In this document: positions 8,956 to 17,006 of the stretch, piece by piece
How positions within the stretch are numbered: position 1 is the first letter of the stretch
How the letters are laid out: each line of letters opens with the position of its first letter
Source of the DNA: an uncultured Bdellovibrionales bacterium
GTDB lineage: Bacteria > Patescibacteriota > Minisyncoccia > Moranbacterales > UBA2206
Assembly (NCBI GenBank): GCA_964387895.1
Contig: CAYLWX010000002.1
Span: 15,779-79,778 of the forward strand
DNA length: 64,000 nucleotides
Direction: 5' to 3'
Translations under genes and position numbers: made by a program
Notes under the pieces: generated by a model
The model's database searches: none
Told to the model about the DNA's origin: nothing
Seen by the model: the letters and a program-made list of their open reading frames with translations, nothing else

Positions 8956-10080
8956 GATTTTAGGAAAATCTCCATTTATACCCTGAAAAACCTTAGTGTC
9001 CCGGTAGAGAGCTCTGGAAACCTGCTCCCTGTCCATATCATTTGGAGTTTCCCCGCAACCGATTTTTGCCCAGAGATCCAGGACATAAAATCGGAGGGAA
9101 TCCGCAAGATACACCAATTCTTCCAATATATTCGCGTCTCCGGTGGGAATAAAAATGTCAGCAATGTTATCCGTCCCTATCCGAATAGGAATTTCCCATT
9201 TAATCATTTCCAGAATTCGCGCGACACTATTATGTATCGGCGCGGAGAGAGATCGTAATTGACGCATGGAAAGAGCGGCTCTGGGGCAGCAAATCACGCC
9301 TATGTGGTATGTTTTCAGCCCTTCCAGAAGTTTCTTGAATCTGTATTCATCGTAGCAGGAAGGGGAAAGCGCGTGGACTGCCCATACCGTTGGATAAAAG
9401 TGACGCTCTATCTCAGGAGAGCCAATCCATCGCACTGCTTCAATGAGGGTTTCTGTTCCATTTTCCCGAGGATCATTCCCCTGGTCAACATGCACGTGAA
9501 CTTCTTTCTTTAGCGCTATGCCTAACTCCAGTACTCTCTTCAAATGAGCATCGTAGCCAATTCTGTCCGGCGCGTCATCTTTTTCCGGCAACGCACCAAT
9601 AAAATCGCACATTCTTGATGCTTCTACAAACACTTCCCACCGGTCTGGATTTACTTCTGGTTTTTTAAATCCAAAGATGGGCTGGGTTCCCACCTGAAAA
9701 TTAATCCTGCCCTTAAATTCTTCCTTGAGTTCCAGTGCTGGAATAATTGCTTTTAGTCCTATATCCGGAGTCGCGTCAATGAGTGAAGCCACTCTCTTTG
9801 TTCCAAAGTGAATCATTCTTTCCAGCTGGCACGCTACTCTGTCTTTAAATTCTTTATATTTATACGCGTCACTTTTGTGAAGCTCTCCGGTAAGATTTTG
9901 CTTTACTCTTAATGGAAGCGTGGCTGCCTCCAATGGGTCAATGCTGGCACGTTCCCAAAACTTTGGATCAAGCGTATTCGCCCGATCCAGATGGGCATGC
10001 GCATTCACCCAACCGCCATACTCTTCCGCCCTGTCCAAAAGTTTTCTCTTGAATGGAGAAAGCGCTTCCTTCCAGTCCAT
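8953..10080 (-). CDS. metal-dependent amidohydrolase, cytosine-deaminase-like
   Basis: WVNAHAHLD metal-binding HxH motif near the N-terminus, HVHVDQ and GTDN motifs. Overall resemblance to CodA/amidohydrolase_3. Substrate not assignable. Confidence 0.55.
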   Translation of the reverse strand: MDWKEALSPFKRKLLDRAEEYGGWVNAHAHLDRANTLDPKFWERASIDPLEAATLPLRVKQNLTGELHKSDAYKYKEFKDRVACQLERMIHFGTKRVASLIDATPDIGLKAIIPALELKEEFKGRINFQVGTQPIFGFKKPEVNPDRWEVFVEASRMCDFIGALPEKDDAPDRIGYDAHLKRVLELGIALKKEVHVHVDQGNDPRENGTETLIEAVRWIGSPEIERHFYPTVWAVHALSPSCYDEYRFKKLLEGLKTYHIGVICCPRAALSMRQLRSLSAPIHNSVARILEMIKWEIPIRIGTDNIADIFIPTGDANILEELVYLADSLRFYVLDLWAKIGCGETPNDMDREQVSRALYRDTKVFQGINGDFPKI

Positions 10081-10326
10081 ATCCTGCCCTTTCTATTCTA
10101 TTGTTAAAAAACAAAAAAGACGTCCCTTTAGACGTCCCTCCCTTGGAAATAGTGATTTCGTTTTCCGCATACTTTCAGAAGTATAGCGAAAATGGTTCGG
10201 GATTGTCAAATCAACTTCCTCTTAATAGTTGAAATCTTTATTTTTCAGAAGCTTATATTTTATACAGTTAGTAGAGATGTTTTTGAAATAAAATTACACT
10301 ATAAAATATTTTCCTGAAACACACTG

Positions 10327-10800
10327 TTATACGTATTTTTTCTTTAGTTTTTCCTCATCTTCTTCAGTATATCTAGGTTTTATAGTTTTAATATATAAAT
10401 CATCAACCAGCTCATCGGGGTCATAAGCTAAATTTTCTCTTTGTATTCTGAAAAACTCTCTTACTTCTTTAACCGTTCCAGTTAGTATTGGTGGCATTCC
10501 GGACAATGGATCGTAAACTTTTAAAAATTGTGAATAAGATGGATCTGCAATCAACTTTTCTTCATCTCTACGATCAATGTCGTCAGTAAGAGAAATATGT
10601 CCGCTACCCTGTTGTTCCGCCATGACTATTCCTTCTCGCTCCAGAGCCACTCTTAATTGCCTGGTGTAATCAATGCAACCTGCTCTTCCATCGCTTGACC
10701 ACGAGCTTAAAACAGGTGGCGCTTTTTGTTTAGCTCTTTCAAGCGCGGCAATTAAAATGGTTCGCGTTAATTTTTCTCTTCCAACTTCAAATGAACTCAT
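10327..10800 (-). CDS. hypothetical protein
   Basis: 157-aa ORF, no recognisable motif. Confidence 0.4.
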   Translation of the reverse strand: MSSFEVGREKLTRTILIAALERAKQKAPPVLSSWSSDGRAGCIDYTRQLRVALEREGIVMAEQQGSGHISLTDDIDRRDEEKLIADPSYSQFLKVYDPLSGMPPILTGTVKEVREFFRIQRENLAYDPDELVDDLYIKTIKPRYTEEDEEKLKKKYV

Positions 10801-10901
10801 TTTTATTTTCCAGAAACTTATATTTTTACAGTCAGTAAACTTAAAATAACTAGTTATAAACTCATTCCTGACATAGTAGTGTTTGCAAGATTTTTAAAAC
10901 T

Positions 10902-11831
10902 TTATTTAGCACTGTCAGCTTGTTCCCAACCCGATGTTTTGTTATATTCCACAGCCTTTTTCTTCGCCCATTCAACAAGATCATCAGAAACATCTTCTGA
11001 TTTTTGATCAACGACATCATACCTAGATTCGTTAATACTACTAATGTATTTATCGGCATCTTTATTTGGATATTTCTCTTTATAGGCAACTTTCAATTGA
11101 TCCAGAAATTTTGGATCACCCATGAGCTGTCTAGATGCCCATTGTCCAGTGTTTGCAGGGTTTATCTTAAATGCCTCCAACATGAACTTAGCGTTATTCC
11201 GAAGCGCAGGATACATACCCTTAATTGTTCCGTCTTTATCATACAAAGTCGCTACTTTAAGCCGTTCATAAACAATATTTTCTTGATTTTCCGCTTGCTC
11301 TTCCTGATCTTTTCCCGCTACATCTTCACTGCCAGCTCCCTTTATCCTCTCCAAAATATCTGCCGCTTTTTTGGCGTCTTCTTCCGCCTGGAGCCTGTCT
11401 TGTTCCGCAAGTTCGGCTTTTCTTTTTGCTTCTTCTTCCGCGGCTTTAGCGGCTTTGGCTTCATCAAAAGCCTTATTTTCTTTGAGAGCTTCCCCATGAG
11501 CTTTATCCATTTTCTCTTTATCACGCGTTACATTTTCTTCCAAGGCTTCGCCATGGGCGCTTTCAATCATTTCACTTTTTTGCGCTTCCATTTTTCCCTT
11601 CTGCGTCTCTTCTTGCCTTATGCCTCCTTCCTCCGCTTGTAACGCTTCCCCTTGCTGTTGCAGTTTTTTGCCCAAAGCAATTAATTCTTCCGGTGATTCA
11701 GCCTTCATCACTTCTTGAGACATTTCGCTTTTGGTTCCTTCAAATTTTTTCTTGAAATTTTCCCACTTATTTTTCACCGATTCTTTGGCTCCTTCATAGG
11801 CTTTCGCCACTTTTTCAAATGCGGCTCTCAT
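10902..11831 (-). CDS. hypothetical Glu/Lys-rich coiled-coil protein with internal repeats
   Basis: 309-aa ORF. Repeated HGEALEEN / AHGEALKENKAF segments. Predicted long coiled coil. Confidence 0.45.
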   Translation of the reverse strand: MRAAFEKVAKAYEGAKESVKNKWENFKKKFEGTKSEMSQEVMKAESPEELIALGKKLQQQGEALQAEEGGIRQEETQKGKMEAQKSEMIESAHGEALEENVTRDKEKMDKAHGEALKENKAFDEAKAAKAAEEEAKRKAELAEQDRLQAEEDAKKAADILERIKGAGSEDVAGKDQEEQAENQENIVYERLKVATLYDKDGTIKGMYPALRNNAKFMLEAFKINPANTGQWASRQLMGDPKFLDQLKVAYKEKYPNKDADKYISSINESRYDVVDQKSEDVSDDLVEWAKKKAVEYNKTSGWEQADSAK

Positions 11832-11866
11832 GTTTTTTATGTTAAAGATTATTATAAATACCTATT

Positions 11867-12181
11867 TTACGCCACCCTGATTCCAGTCTTTTTTATCTCC
11901 CTAACCATCGGATCAACCTCGCTTTCAAAATCTTCTGGAACAAATCCAATTGGTTCGATTCTTAAATCTACGTCCACGCCAATTTTCCATAATAGCTCCT
12001 CATTCTTATTCCAGTCTTTTTTTAATTTATCAGATAAGACCGCGATATCAATATCACTTCCTGCGTGATATTTTCCAACTGCGTATGAACCAAATAGATA
12101 AATCGCGGAAAAGGGATAGTTTTCTGCTTTCAATTTTTCTCCAAACTTTATGGCTATTTTTTTAGCGTCAGCTTTTGACAT
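11867..12181 (-). CDS. nucleotidyltransferase-domain protein (MNT/antitoxin-like)
   Basis: GSYAVGKYHAGSDIDIAVL is the minimal nucleotidyltransferase G[SG]...D.D motif. No HEPN partner seen nearby. Confidence 0.55.
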   Translation of the reverse strand: MSKADAKKIAIKFGEKLKAENYPFSAIYLFGSYAVGKYHAGSDIDIAVLSDKLKKDWNKNEELLWKIGVDVDLRIEPIGFVPEDFESEVDPMVREIKKTGIRVA

Positions 12182-12207
12182 AAATTCTGGTACAATTTCT
12201 TATCTCA

Positions 12208-12702
12208 TTACGCTTTTTTCAGTTTTAGCACCGCTCTGAATTGTTTCACTTCTTTTTCCAAGTTTCTCACTCTTTCCATGAGAGAGATGCGATTTCCTTC
12301 ATCCATGTTTCCTTCTTCCAGATGCTCCAGTCGTTTTTTTATATCTTTTATTTCCTCGTCAAGATTAGAAAAATATTCAAAAACTGTTTTGAAGTTGCTT
12401 TTGGTTTCATCTCTAAATTCAAAAAGTTTCTTAAAATTAATCGCAGTTTCATCTTTGAATTCAAAGAGTTTCTTAAAATTAATCGCAGTTTCATCTTTGA
12501 ATTCTCGCAATTCTTCCTGCAGTATGGTTTGCCCTTCCGCCACGGCGTCAAATTTTCCTTCCAAATGTTCAATAAGCGCGCCTACTTCGCTCGCTCGAAA
12601 CATCCGTTCTATTTTTTTATCCATTTTTTTAAACTTTTTTTTCTTCATAGTAGTGAATAAATTCGCCCTAAAAGTATAGCATAAATGGAACGGCCTTATC
12701 AC
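12208..12702 (-). CDS. hypothetical coiled-coil protein containing a perfect 14-aa tandem repeat
   Basis: FKDETAINFKKLFE x2 then a diverged third copy. Start overlaps gatB stop by 4 bp (ATGA); alternative start at 12648 (MKKKKF). Confidence 0.4.
   Translation of the reverse strand: MIRPFHLCYTFRANLFTTMKKKKFKKMDKKIERMFRASEVGALIEHLEGKFDAVAEGQTILQEELREFKDETAINFKKLFEFKDETAINFKKLFEFRDETKSNFKTVFEYFSNLDEEIKDIKKRLEHLEEGNMDEGNRISLMERVRNLEKEVKQFRAVLKLKKA
12418..12501. repeat. 2 x 42-bp perfect tandem repeat inside a CDS
   Basis: ttcaaa(a/g)agtttcttaaaattaatcgcagtttcatctttgaa twice, in-frame within ORF 12208-12702. Confidence 0.8.
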
Positions 12703-14168
12703 CCCAACCTTCCCCTTAATATCTCCATCACCACCTTCGGATTCGCCTTTCCTTTCGTCGTAGCCATAACCTGCCCCATTAAAAACTGCAACGCGTTTTG
12801 CTTTCCGCTTTTGTAGTCTTCCACTGATTTCGTATTGCGCGCGAGTACTTCGTCTACCGCTTTTTCCAGCTCAATCGTATCACTTACCTGGGAAAGTCCC
12901 CTAGATTCAATGATCTGGGAAGGATCGCCTCCAGTTCGATACATTTCCTCCAGCACCGCCTGCGCCGCGCTCGAGTTTATTTTCTCACCCGCTACAAAGC
13001 CGATCAGTTCAGCATAATTTTCCGCGGTAATTTTTATGTCCTTTACCGTCTGGTTATTTTTTATTAAATGCTTTTGCAATTCGCTTACAATATAGTTAGC
13101 CGCCAGCTTAATAAACTTTTCCTCGAGTGCTGATACTTCGCCGGAATCCTTCATGGCTTTCAGCTCTGAAATCACTTCTTCAAAATACTGAGCCAAATCT
13201 TTGTCGCTCACCAGCACTTCCGCGTTTTCCCTGGAGACGCCATACTCTGCCATGAGTCTTTGCCTCCTGGCCTCCGGAAGTTCCGGGAGTTTACGCCGTA
13301 AGTTTTCGATATATTCATCCGTAAATACCATTGGCGGGATGTCCGGTTCTGGGAAATAGCGGTAGTCATGCGCCGCTTCCTTTTTACGCTGTGATACAGT
13401 TATACTTTTACCGCTGTCAAATCCTCTCGTTTCCTGTACTACTTTTTCTCCCTTATCCAAAATTTCCGTCTGCCGTTTAATCTCATACTCCACCGCTTTT
13501 TCCACAAATCGAAATGAGTTAATGTTCTTCACCTCTACTTTAGTACCGCTTAATTTGCCTTCTCCCTCTTTGTGCAAAGAAATATTTACCTCGCAGCGCA
13601 TGTGCCCTTTTTCCATATCCGCGTCAGAAATTTCCAGATAGCGGAAAATCTGCTGCAATTTCTGGCAAAACATCCGCGCTTCGAACGCCGATTCAATATC
13701 CGGTTCCGTAACCAGCTCCATAAGAGGCACGCCGGCACGATTGAAATCTACTAAAGAATACTTCGCGCCAGCAGGATGCACTAATTTCCCGGTATCTTCT
13801 TCCAGATGAATCCGGGTAATGCCGACTTTTTTATCATTTATTTCCAAATACCCCCGCTCGCAAAGCGGCTGGTCATATTGAGAAATCTGATACCCCTTGG
13901 GAAGATCGGGATAAAAATAATTTTTCCGGTCAAATTTAGATTCTTTTCTTAACTCGCAATTCAAAGCCAATCCGGCCATCTGAACAAATTCAATCGCCTG
14001 CCGATTCGGCACTGGTAACGTCCCGGGCTGGCCGGTGCACACAGGGCAAATATTCACATTCGGTTCTGTTTCCCCGCCCATGCCGTTTTTGCTTGCGCAA
14101 AACATCTTGGACTTTGTTTTAAGTTCAACATGGATTTCGAGACCGATAGTGGAAAGATAAGTTGGCAT
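12699..14168 (-). CDS. gatB: Asp-tRNA(Asn)/Glu-tRNA(Gln) amidotransferase subunit B
   Basis: MPTYLSTIGLEIHVEL..., C-terminal YqeY-like tail. No gatA/gatC adjacent. Confidence 0.9.
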   Translation of the reverse strand: MPTYLSTIGLEIHVELKTKSKMFCASKNGMGGETEPNVNICPVCTGQPGTLPVPNRQAIEFVQMAGLALNCELRKESKFDRKNYFYPDLPKGYQISQYDQPLCERGYLEINDKKVGITRIHLEEDTGKLVHPAGAKYSLVDFNRAGVPLMELVTEPDIESAFEARMFCQKLQQIFRYLEISDADMEKGHMRCEVNISLHKEGEGKLSGTKVEVKNINSFRFVEKAVEYEIKRQTEILDKGEKVVQETRGFDSGKSITVSQRKKEAAHDYRYFPEPDIPPMVFTDEYIENLRRKLPELPEARRQRLMAEYGVSRENAEVLVSDKDLAQYFEEVISELKAMKDSGEVSALEEKFIKLAANYIVSELQKHLIKNNQTVKDIKITAENYAELIGFVAGEKINSSAAQAVLEEMYRTGGDPSQIIESRGLSQVSDTIELEKAVDEVLARNTKSVEDYKSGKQNALQFLMGQVMATTKGKANPKVVMEILRGRLG

Positions 14169-14177
14169 AAAGTTTAT

Positions 14178-14487
14178 TTGTCTGAACCACTGATTATCAC
14201 GTGATTACACATGATTTCACTGATTCATGACTTACGCATTTGTCATCCCCGCGAAGGCGGGGATCCAGGATTCAATGGGCGAGGTGAAATATAAAAATAT
14301 ACTAATTTCGATTCTTTTTACTCTATATCTGGATTATTATTAGATAGCCGTATGGTATACTCCTGGATTCCCGCCTACGCGGGAATGACATAAAAGAAAG
14401 CCAAACGCGTAAGTCATGTGATTTTTATTTTTCACTAAGCCAATCTGTGTAATCAGGAAAATCAGTGCGAATCAGTGGTTCAGACAA
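14178..14487. repeat. family-D palindromic element with a nested family-E element inserted at its centre
   Basis: Left arm 14178-14230 and right arm 14414-14487 together match the 110-bp element at 6225-6335. Between divergent gatB and ndk. Confidence 0.7.
14231..14413 (+). mobile_element. family-E MITE-like element, copy 2
   Basis: cttacgcatttgtcatccccgcgaaggcggggatccagga ... tcctggattcccgcctacgcgggaatgacataaaagaaagccaaacgcgtaag. TIRs are themselves hairpins (ccccgc-gaag-gcgggg). Confidence 0.5.
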
Positions 14488-14626
14488 TTACGCTACCAGT
14501 CTAGCATAAAAATAACAAATGTAAAAGGCTTTGTTGAGCTATAAAATAATAAGAACCCTTGCTAAAATTTGTATTTTCGTGTAGGAATTATATAGCTTTC
14601 TTTGACAATAGAATGTTTTCCGGAAA

Positions 14627-14652
14627 AAAATGTGTTCGTCACATTTTTTAAC
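14627..14652. promoter_or_regulatory. 10-bp-arm inverted repeat AAAAAATGTG-ttcgt-CACATTTTTT upstream of ndk (candidate operator)
   Basis: Perfect dyad ~35 bp upstream of the ndk ATG, followed by AAGGAG SD. Confidence 0.3.
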
Positions 14653-14684
14653 TATCAACAAACAAGTGCACCAGTAAAGGAGAC

Positions 14685-15131
14685 TTGGCAATGGCAGTAG
14701 AGAAAACTGTTGTAGTGGTTAAACCTCATGTCCGCAGACACTTTCCAGATTATGGAAGAGTTCTGGAGGATATACTAGACGTTTACACAATGGGTCTGAA
14801 ATTAAAAATACTAGCTGTTAGAAACGTACTCTTTACCCAAAGACAAGCTGAAGCTTTCTATTCAGAACACTTTGGAAAAACATTTTACGAGAAACTTATC
14901 CAAGCTCAATTGGAAGGACCATGCACAGTGATAATATTAGAAGGAGAGGATGCGATCAAAGCGGTTCGCTACATCCACGGTCCCACTAATCCAGATGACT
15001 GGAGAGAGGGACACCTGAGAAAAAGATACGGAAAACCCGAAGAAGGAGGACCATACAACGCTCTTCACGCGACAGACAGCCCTGAAAAATATGAGAGAGA
15101 GTACCTGATCACACTAATGACGGTCGTTTAG
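14685..15131 (+). CDS. ndk: nucleoside diphosphate kinase, divergent
   Basis: VVVKPHV, GPTNPDDW and NALHATDSPE correspond to the NDK motifs (KPDG, GATNP, NxxHGSDS) including the catalytic His. Good SD. Confidence 0.55.
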   Translation: MAMAVEKTVVVVKPHVRRHFPDYGRVLEDILDVYTMGLKLKILAVRNVLFTQRQAEAFYSEHFGKTFYEKLIQAQLEGPCTVIILEGEDAIKAVRYIHGPTNPDDWREGHLRKRYGKPEEGGPYNALHATDSPEKYEREYLITLMTVV

Positions 15132-15175
15132 ACCACAAAAGAGGCGGTTCCAGTGAAACCGCCTCTGATTATTTT

Positions 15176-15937
15176 TTATTTCAGTATTTCCGCTACCGCG
15201 CTGCCATATCCGCCAATATTCCCTACAAAACTTTTTAAATCTTTTCCATCCACGCACACAAGTGATTTCATTTCCTGGTCATTATACTGTGAAAATAATT
15301 GCAATAATTCTCCGCAAGATATATTTAATGTTACAAAAAATAACGCGCCAACTGTGTAGCCGTCAGTAAGCACCAATCCTCTTATGTAACAATCTTTTAT
15401 TAATGTCGTACGTATTCCTGTCTCTTCTTCCAACTCTTTATAAAGTACGCTAAATAAATCCTTACTCCCAGCAATTACTAATTCATCGTGCGAAGCTACT
15501 CCTCCAATAAAATCAACCTTCTTATGATTCATGGTATTGCCGGATAATTCTCCGAAAATATACTTTTCATCAGAAGTTTTAATAATACTGGCTACAAAAA
15601 GTCCTTTGCTGTAGTATTCCTCATCCATTTCCGCCACCTCAGGAACAAAACGCATAGTGTTTCTCACACTAAAATCAATGGTTGAAAGTTCCAGGGATAA
15701 TTTCTTTTTAGAAAACGCATACGCGTTCAGACGATAGGTTGAAGAATCCCATACCTTTACGCCTTTATCCTTTGCTTCCCGCACCCGTTGATCCCAGAGA
15801 TTTATAATCTTACTTTCCAGTTCCGGATCTATTTTTCGATGAGAAGCTTCATTTACCGTGATAGAAATATCGTCAGGGTAGTAGATTCCTTGTAGTAATA
15901 CGCGTGGTAGATTTGTAGCCATTCTTTTTATTTTCAA
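15176..15937 (-). CDS. hypothetical protein, divergent Nudix-like (KELEEETGI resembles the REUxEExGU Nudix box)
   Basis: 253-aa ORF in the nucleotide module. Only a partial Nudix box is recognisable, so low confidence. Confidence 0.3.
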   Translation of the reverse strand: MKIKRMATNLPRVLLQGIYYPDDISITVNEASHRKIDPELESKIINLWDQRVREAKDKGVKVWDSSTYRLNAYAFSKKKLSLELSTIDFSVRNTMRFVPEVAEMDEEYYSKGLFVASIIKTSDEKYIFGELSGNTMNHKKVDFIGGVASHDELVIAGSKDLFSVLYKELEEETGIRTTLIKDCYIRGLVLTDGYTVGALFFVTLNISCGELLQLFSQYNDQEMKSLVCVDGKDLKSFVGNIGGYGSAVAEILK

Positions 15938-15956
15938 TCCTCTTTCCTTTTAATTT

Positions 15957-16496
15957 TCACACCTGCACCTCTTTCCCTTCCGTGCTCACTCTTCCTCCCT
16001 GCCACTGGCCTCGGTATTGGTTTCCCTCGCCGTCCACTTGATGAAAAGTAATGTGTACCACTCGCGCGCCGAAAGAAACTTTTATAGCGCTTTTTCCAAG
16101 ATTGCAAATGCCAAAGGTAAGTTCGCCGGAGTATCCTGGTTGGACCACTCCGTTAAAAAGTCCCAGTCCGGAACGGAACAGTGTGGTACGGGGGAAAATA
16201 ATTCCGGAAATATCTACCGGCAAATTCACCTTTTCCATGGTTTTTATCAAATAATACTTTCCCGGCTCAAACACAAAATGAGTTTCCTTTTCCGGATCAA
16301 AACCAGCAACCAGTTTTGCTTCAGGAGTATTTCTTTCTTCCACTCCTAAAAATCCATCGCCTTCTAATTCGTATATTTCCCCCATCCGCAAATCAAATCC
16401 CGCTCCTTCGGGATTATTCATCTCCCGTTCGCAAAGATTCTCCACTAACTTTATTTCATCAACAAGCTGATGAAGTTTTTTAATTCCCAAGATCAT
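15957..16496 (-). CDS. dcd: dCTP deaminase / dUTPase-superfamily enzyme
   Basis: GFDLRMG ... IFPRTTLFRSGL ... VQPGYSGELTFGICNLG are typical dcd/dut trimeric-fold motifs. Confidence 0.75.
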   Translation of the reverse strand: MILGIKKLHQLVDEIKLVENLCEREMNNPEGAGFDLRMGEIYELEGDGFLGVEERNTPEAKLVAGFDPEKETHFVFEPGKYYLIKTMEKVNLPVDISGIIFPRTTLFRSGLGLFNGVVQPGYSGELTFGICNLGKSAIKVSFGARVVHITFHQVDGEGNQYRGQWQGGRVSTEGKEVQV

Positions 16497-16505
16497 AAAA
16501 TAATG

Positions 16506-17006
16506 TTAACGAGTTAATTCTAAAAAAGTAAATTTATGCTCTCCGTTATCACGCGCCTCTTCACTTATTATATTTTTAAACTCTGAATAATCCGGAAAGT
16601 ATGTATCCGCTTCATATTCTCCTTCAACCACAGTAAGGTAAAGTTTATCCGCGAAACTCATCGCCTGCTGGTATACCTGCCCGCCGCCGATAACAAATAT
16701 TTCTTCTCTTTCTACTTCTCCTGCTTTTTCAAGCGCCTCTTCCATTGAATGGCATACAACACATCCTTCCAGTATTAAATCAGCTTTTCTCGTAAGCACA
16801 ATATTCACTCTCCTTGGTAACGGCCTGCCTATAGAGTAGAAAGTATTTTCTCCCATAATTACAGGGTGTCCCGCGGTGATAGATCTGAAATGCTGAAGGT
16901 CTTCCGGAATATTCCACAAAAGCCGGTTATCCTTGCCAATTGCCCGATCTCTGGCAATGGCGCAGATGATGCTAATGATTGGTTTTTTATTAACTTTTTC
17001 TGGCAT
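16506..17006 (-). CDS. folA: dihydrofolate reductase
   Basis: ISIICAIARDRAIGKDNRLLWNIPEDLQHFRSIT ... VIMGENTFYSIG. Classic DHFR. Confidence 0.85.
   Translation of the reverse strand: MPEKVNKKPIISIICAIARDRAIGKDNRLLWNIPEDLQHFRSITAGHPVIMGENTFYSIGRPLPRRVNIVLTRKADLILEGCVVCHSMEEALEKAGEVEREEIFVIGGGQVYQQAMSFADKLYLTVVEGEYEADTYFPDYSEFKNIISEEARDNGEHKFTFLELTR

Noticed and set aside
10100-10150. Hairpin gacgtccctttagacgtccc downstream of the amidohydrolase/hypothetical genes
   Set aside because: It is a direct repeat of GACGTCCC (each containing the GACGTC palindrome), not an inverted repeat. No terminator structure.
11867-12181. Toxin-antitoxin pair (MNT nucleotidyltransferase with HEPN partner)
   Set aside because: Only the minimal nucleotidyltransferase is present. 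Neither neighbour has an Rx4-6H HEPN motif, and both are coiled-coil proteins.
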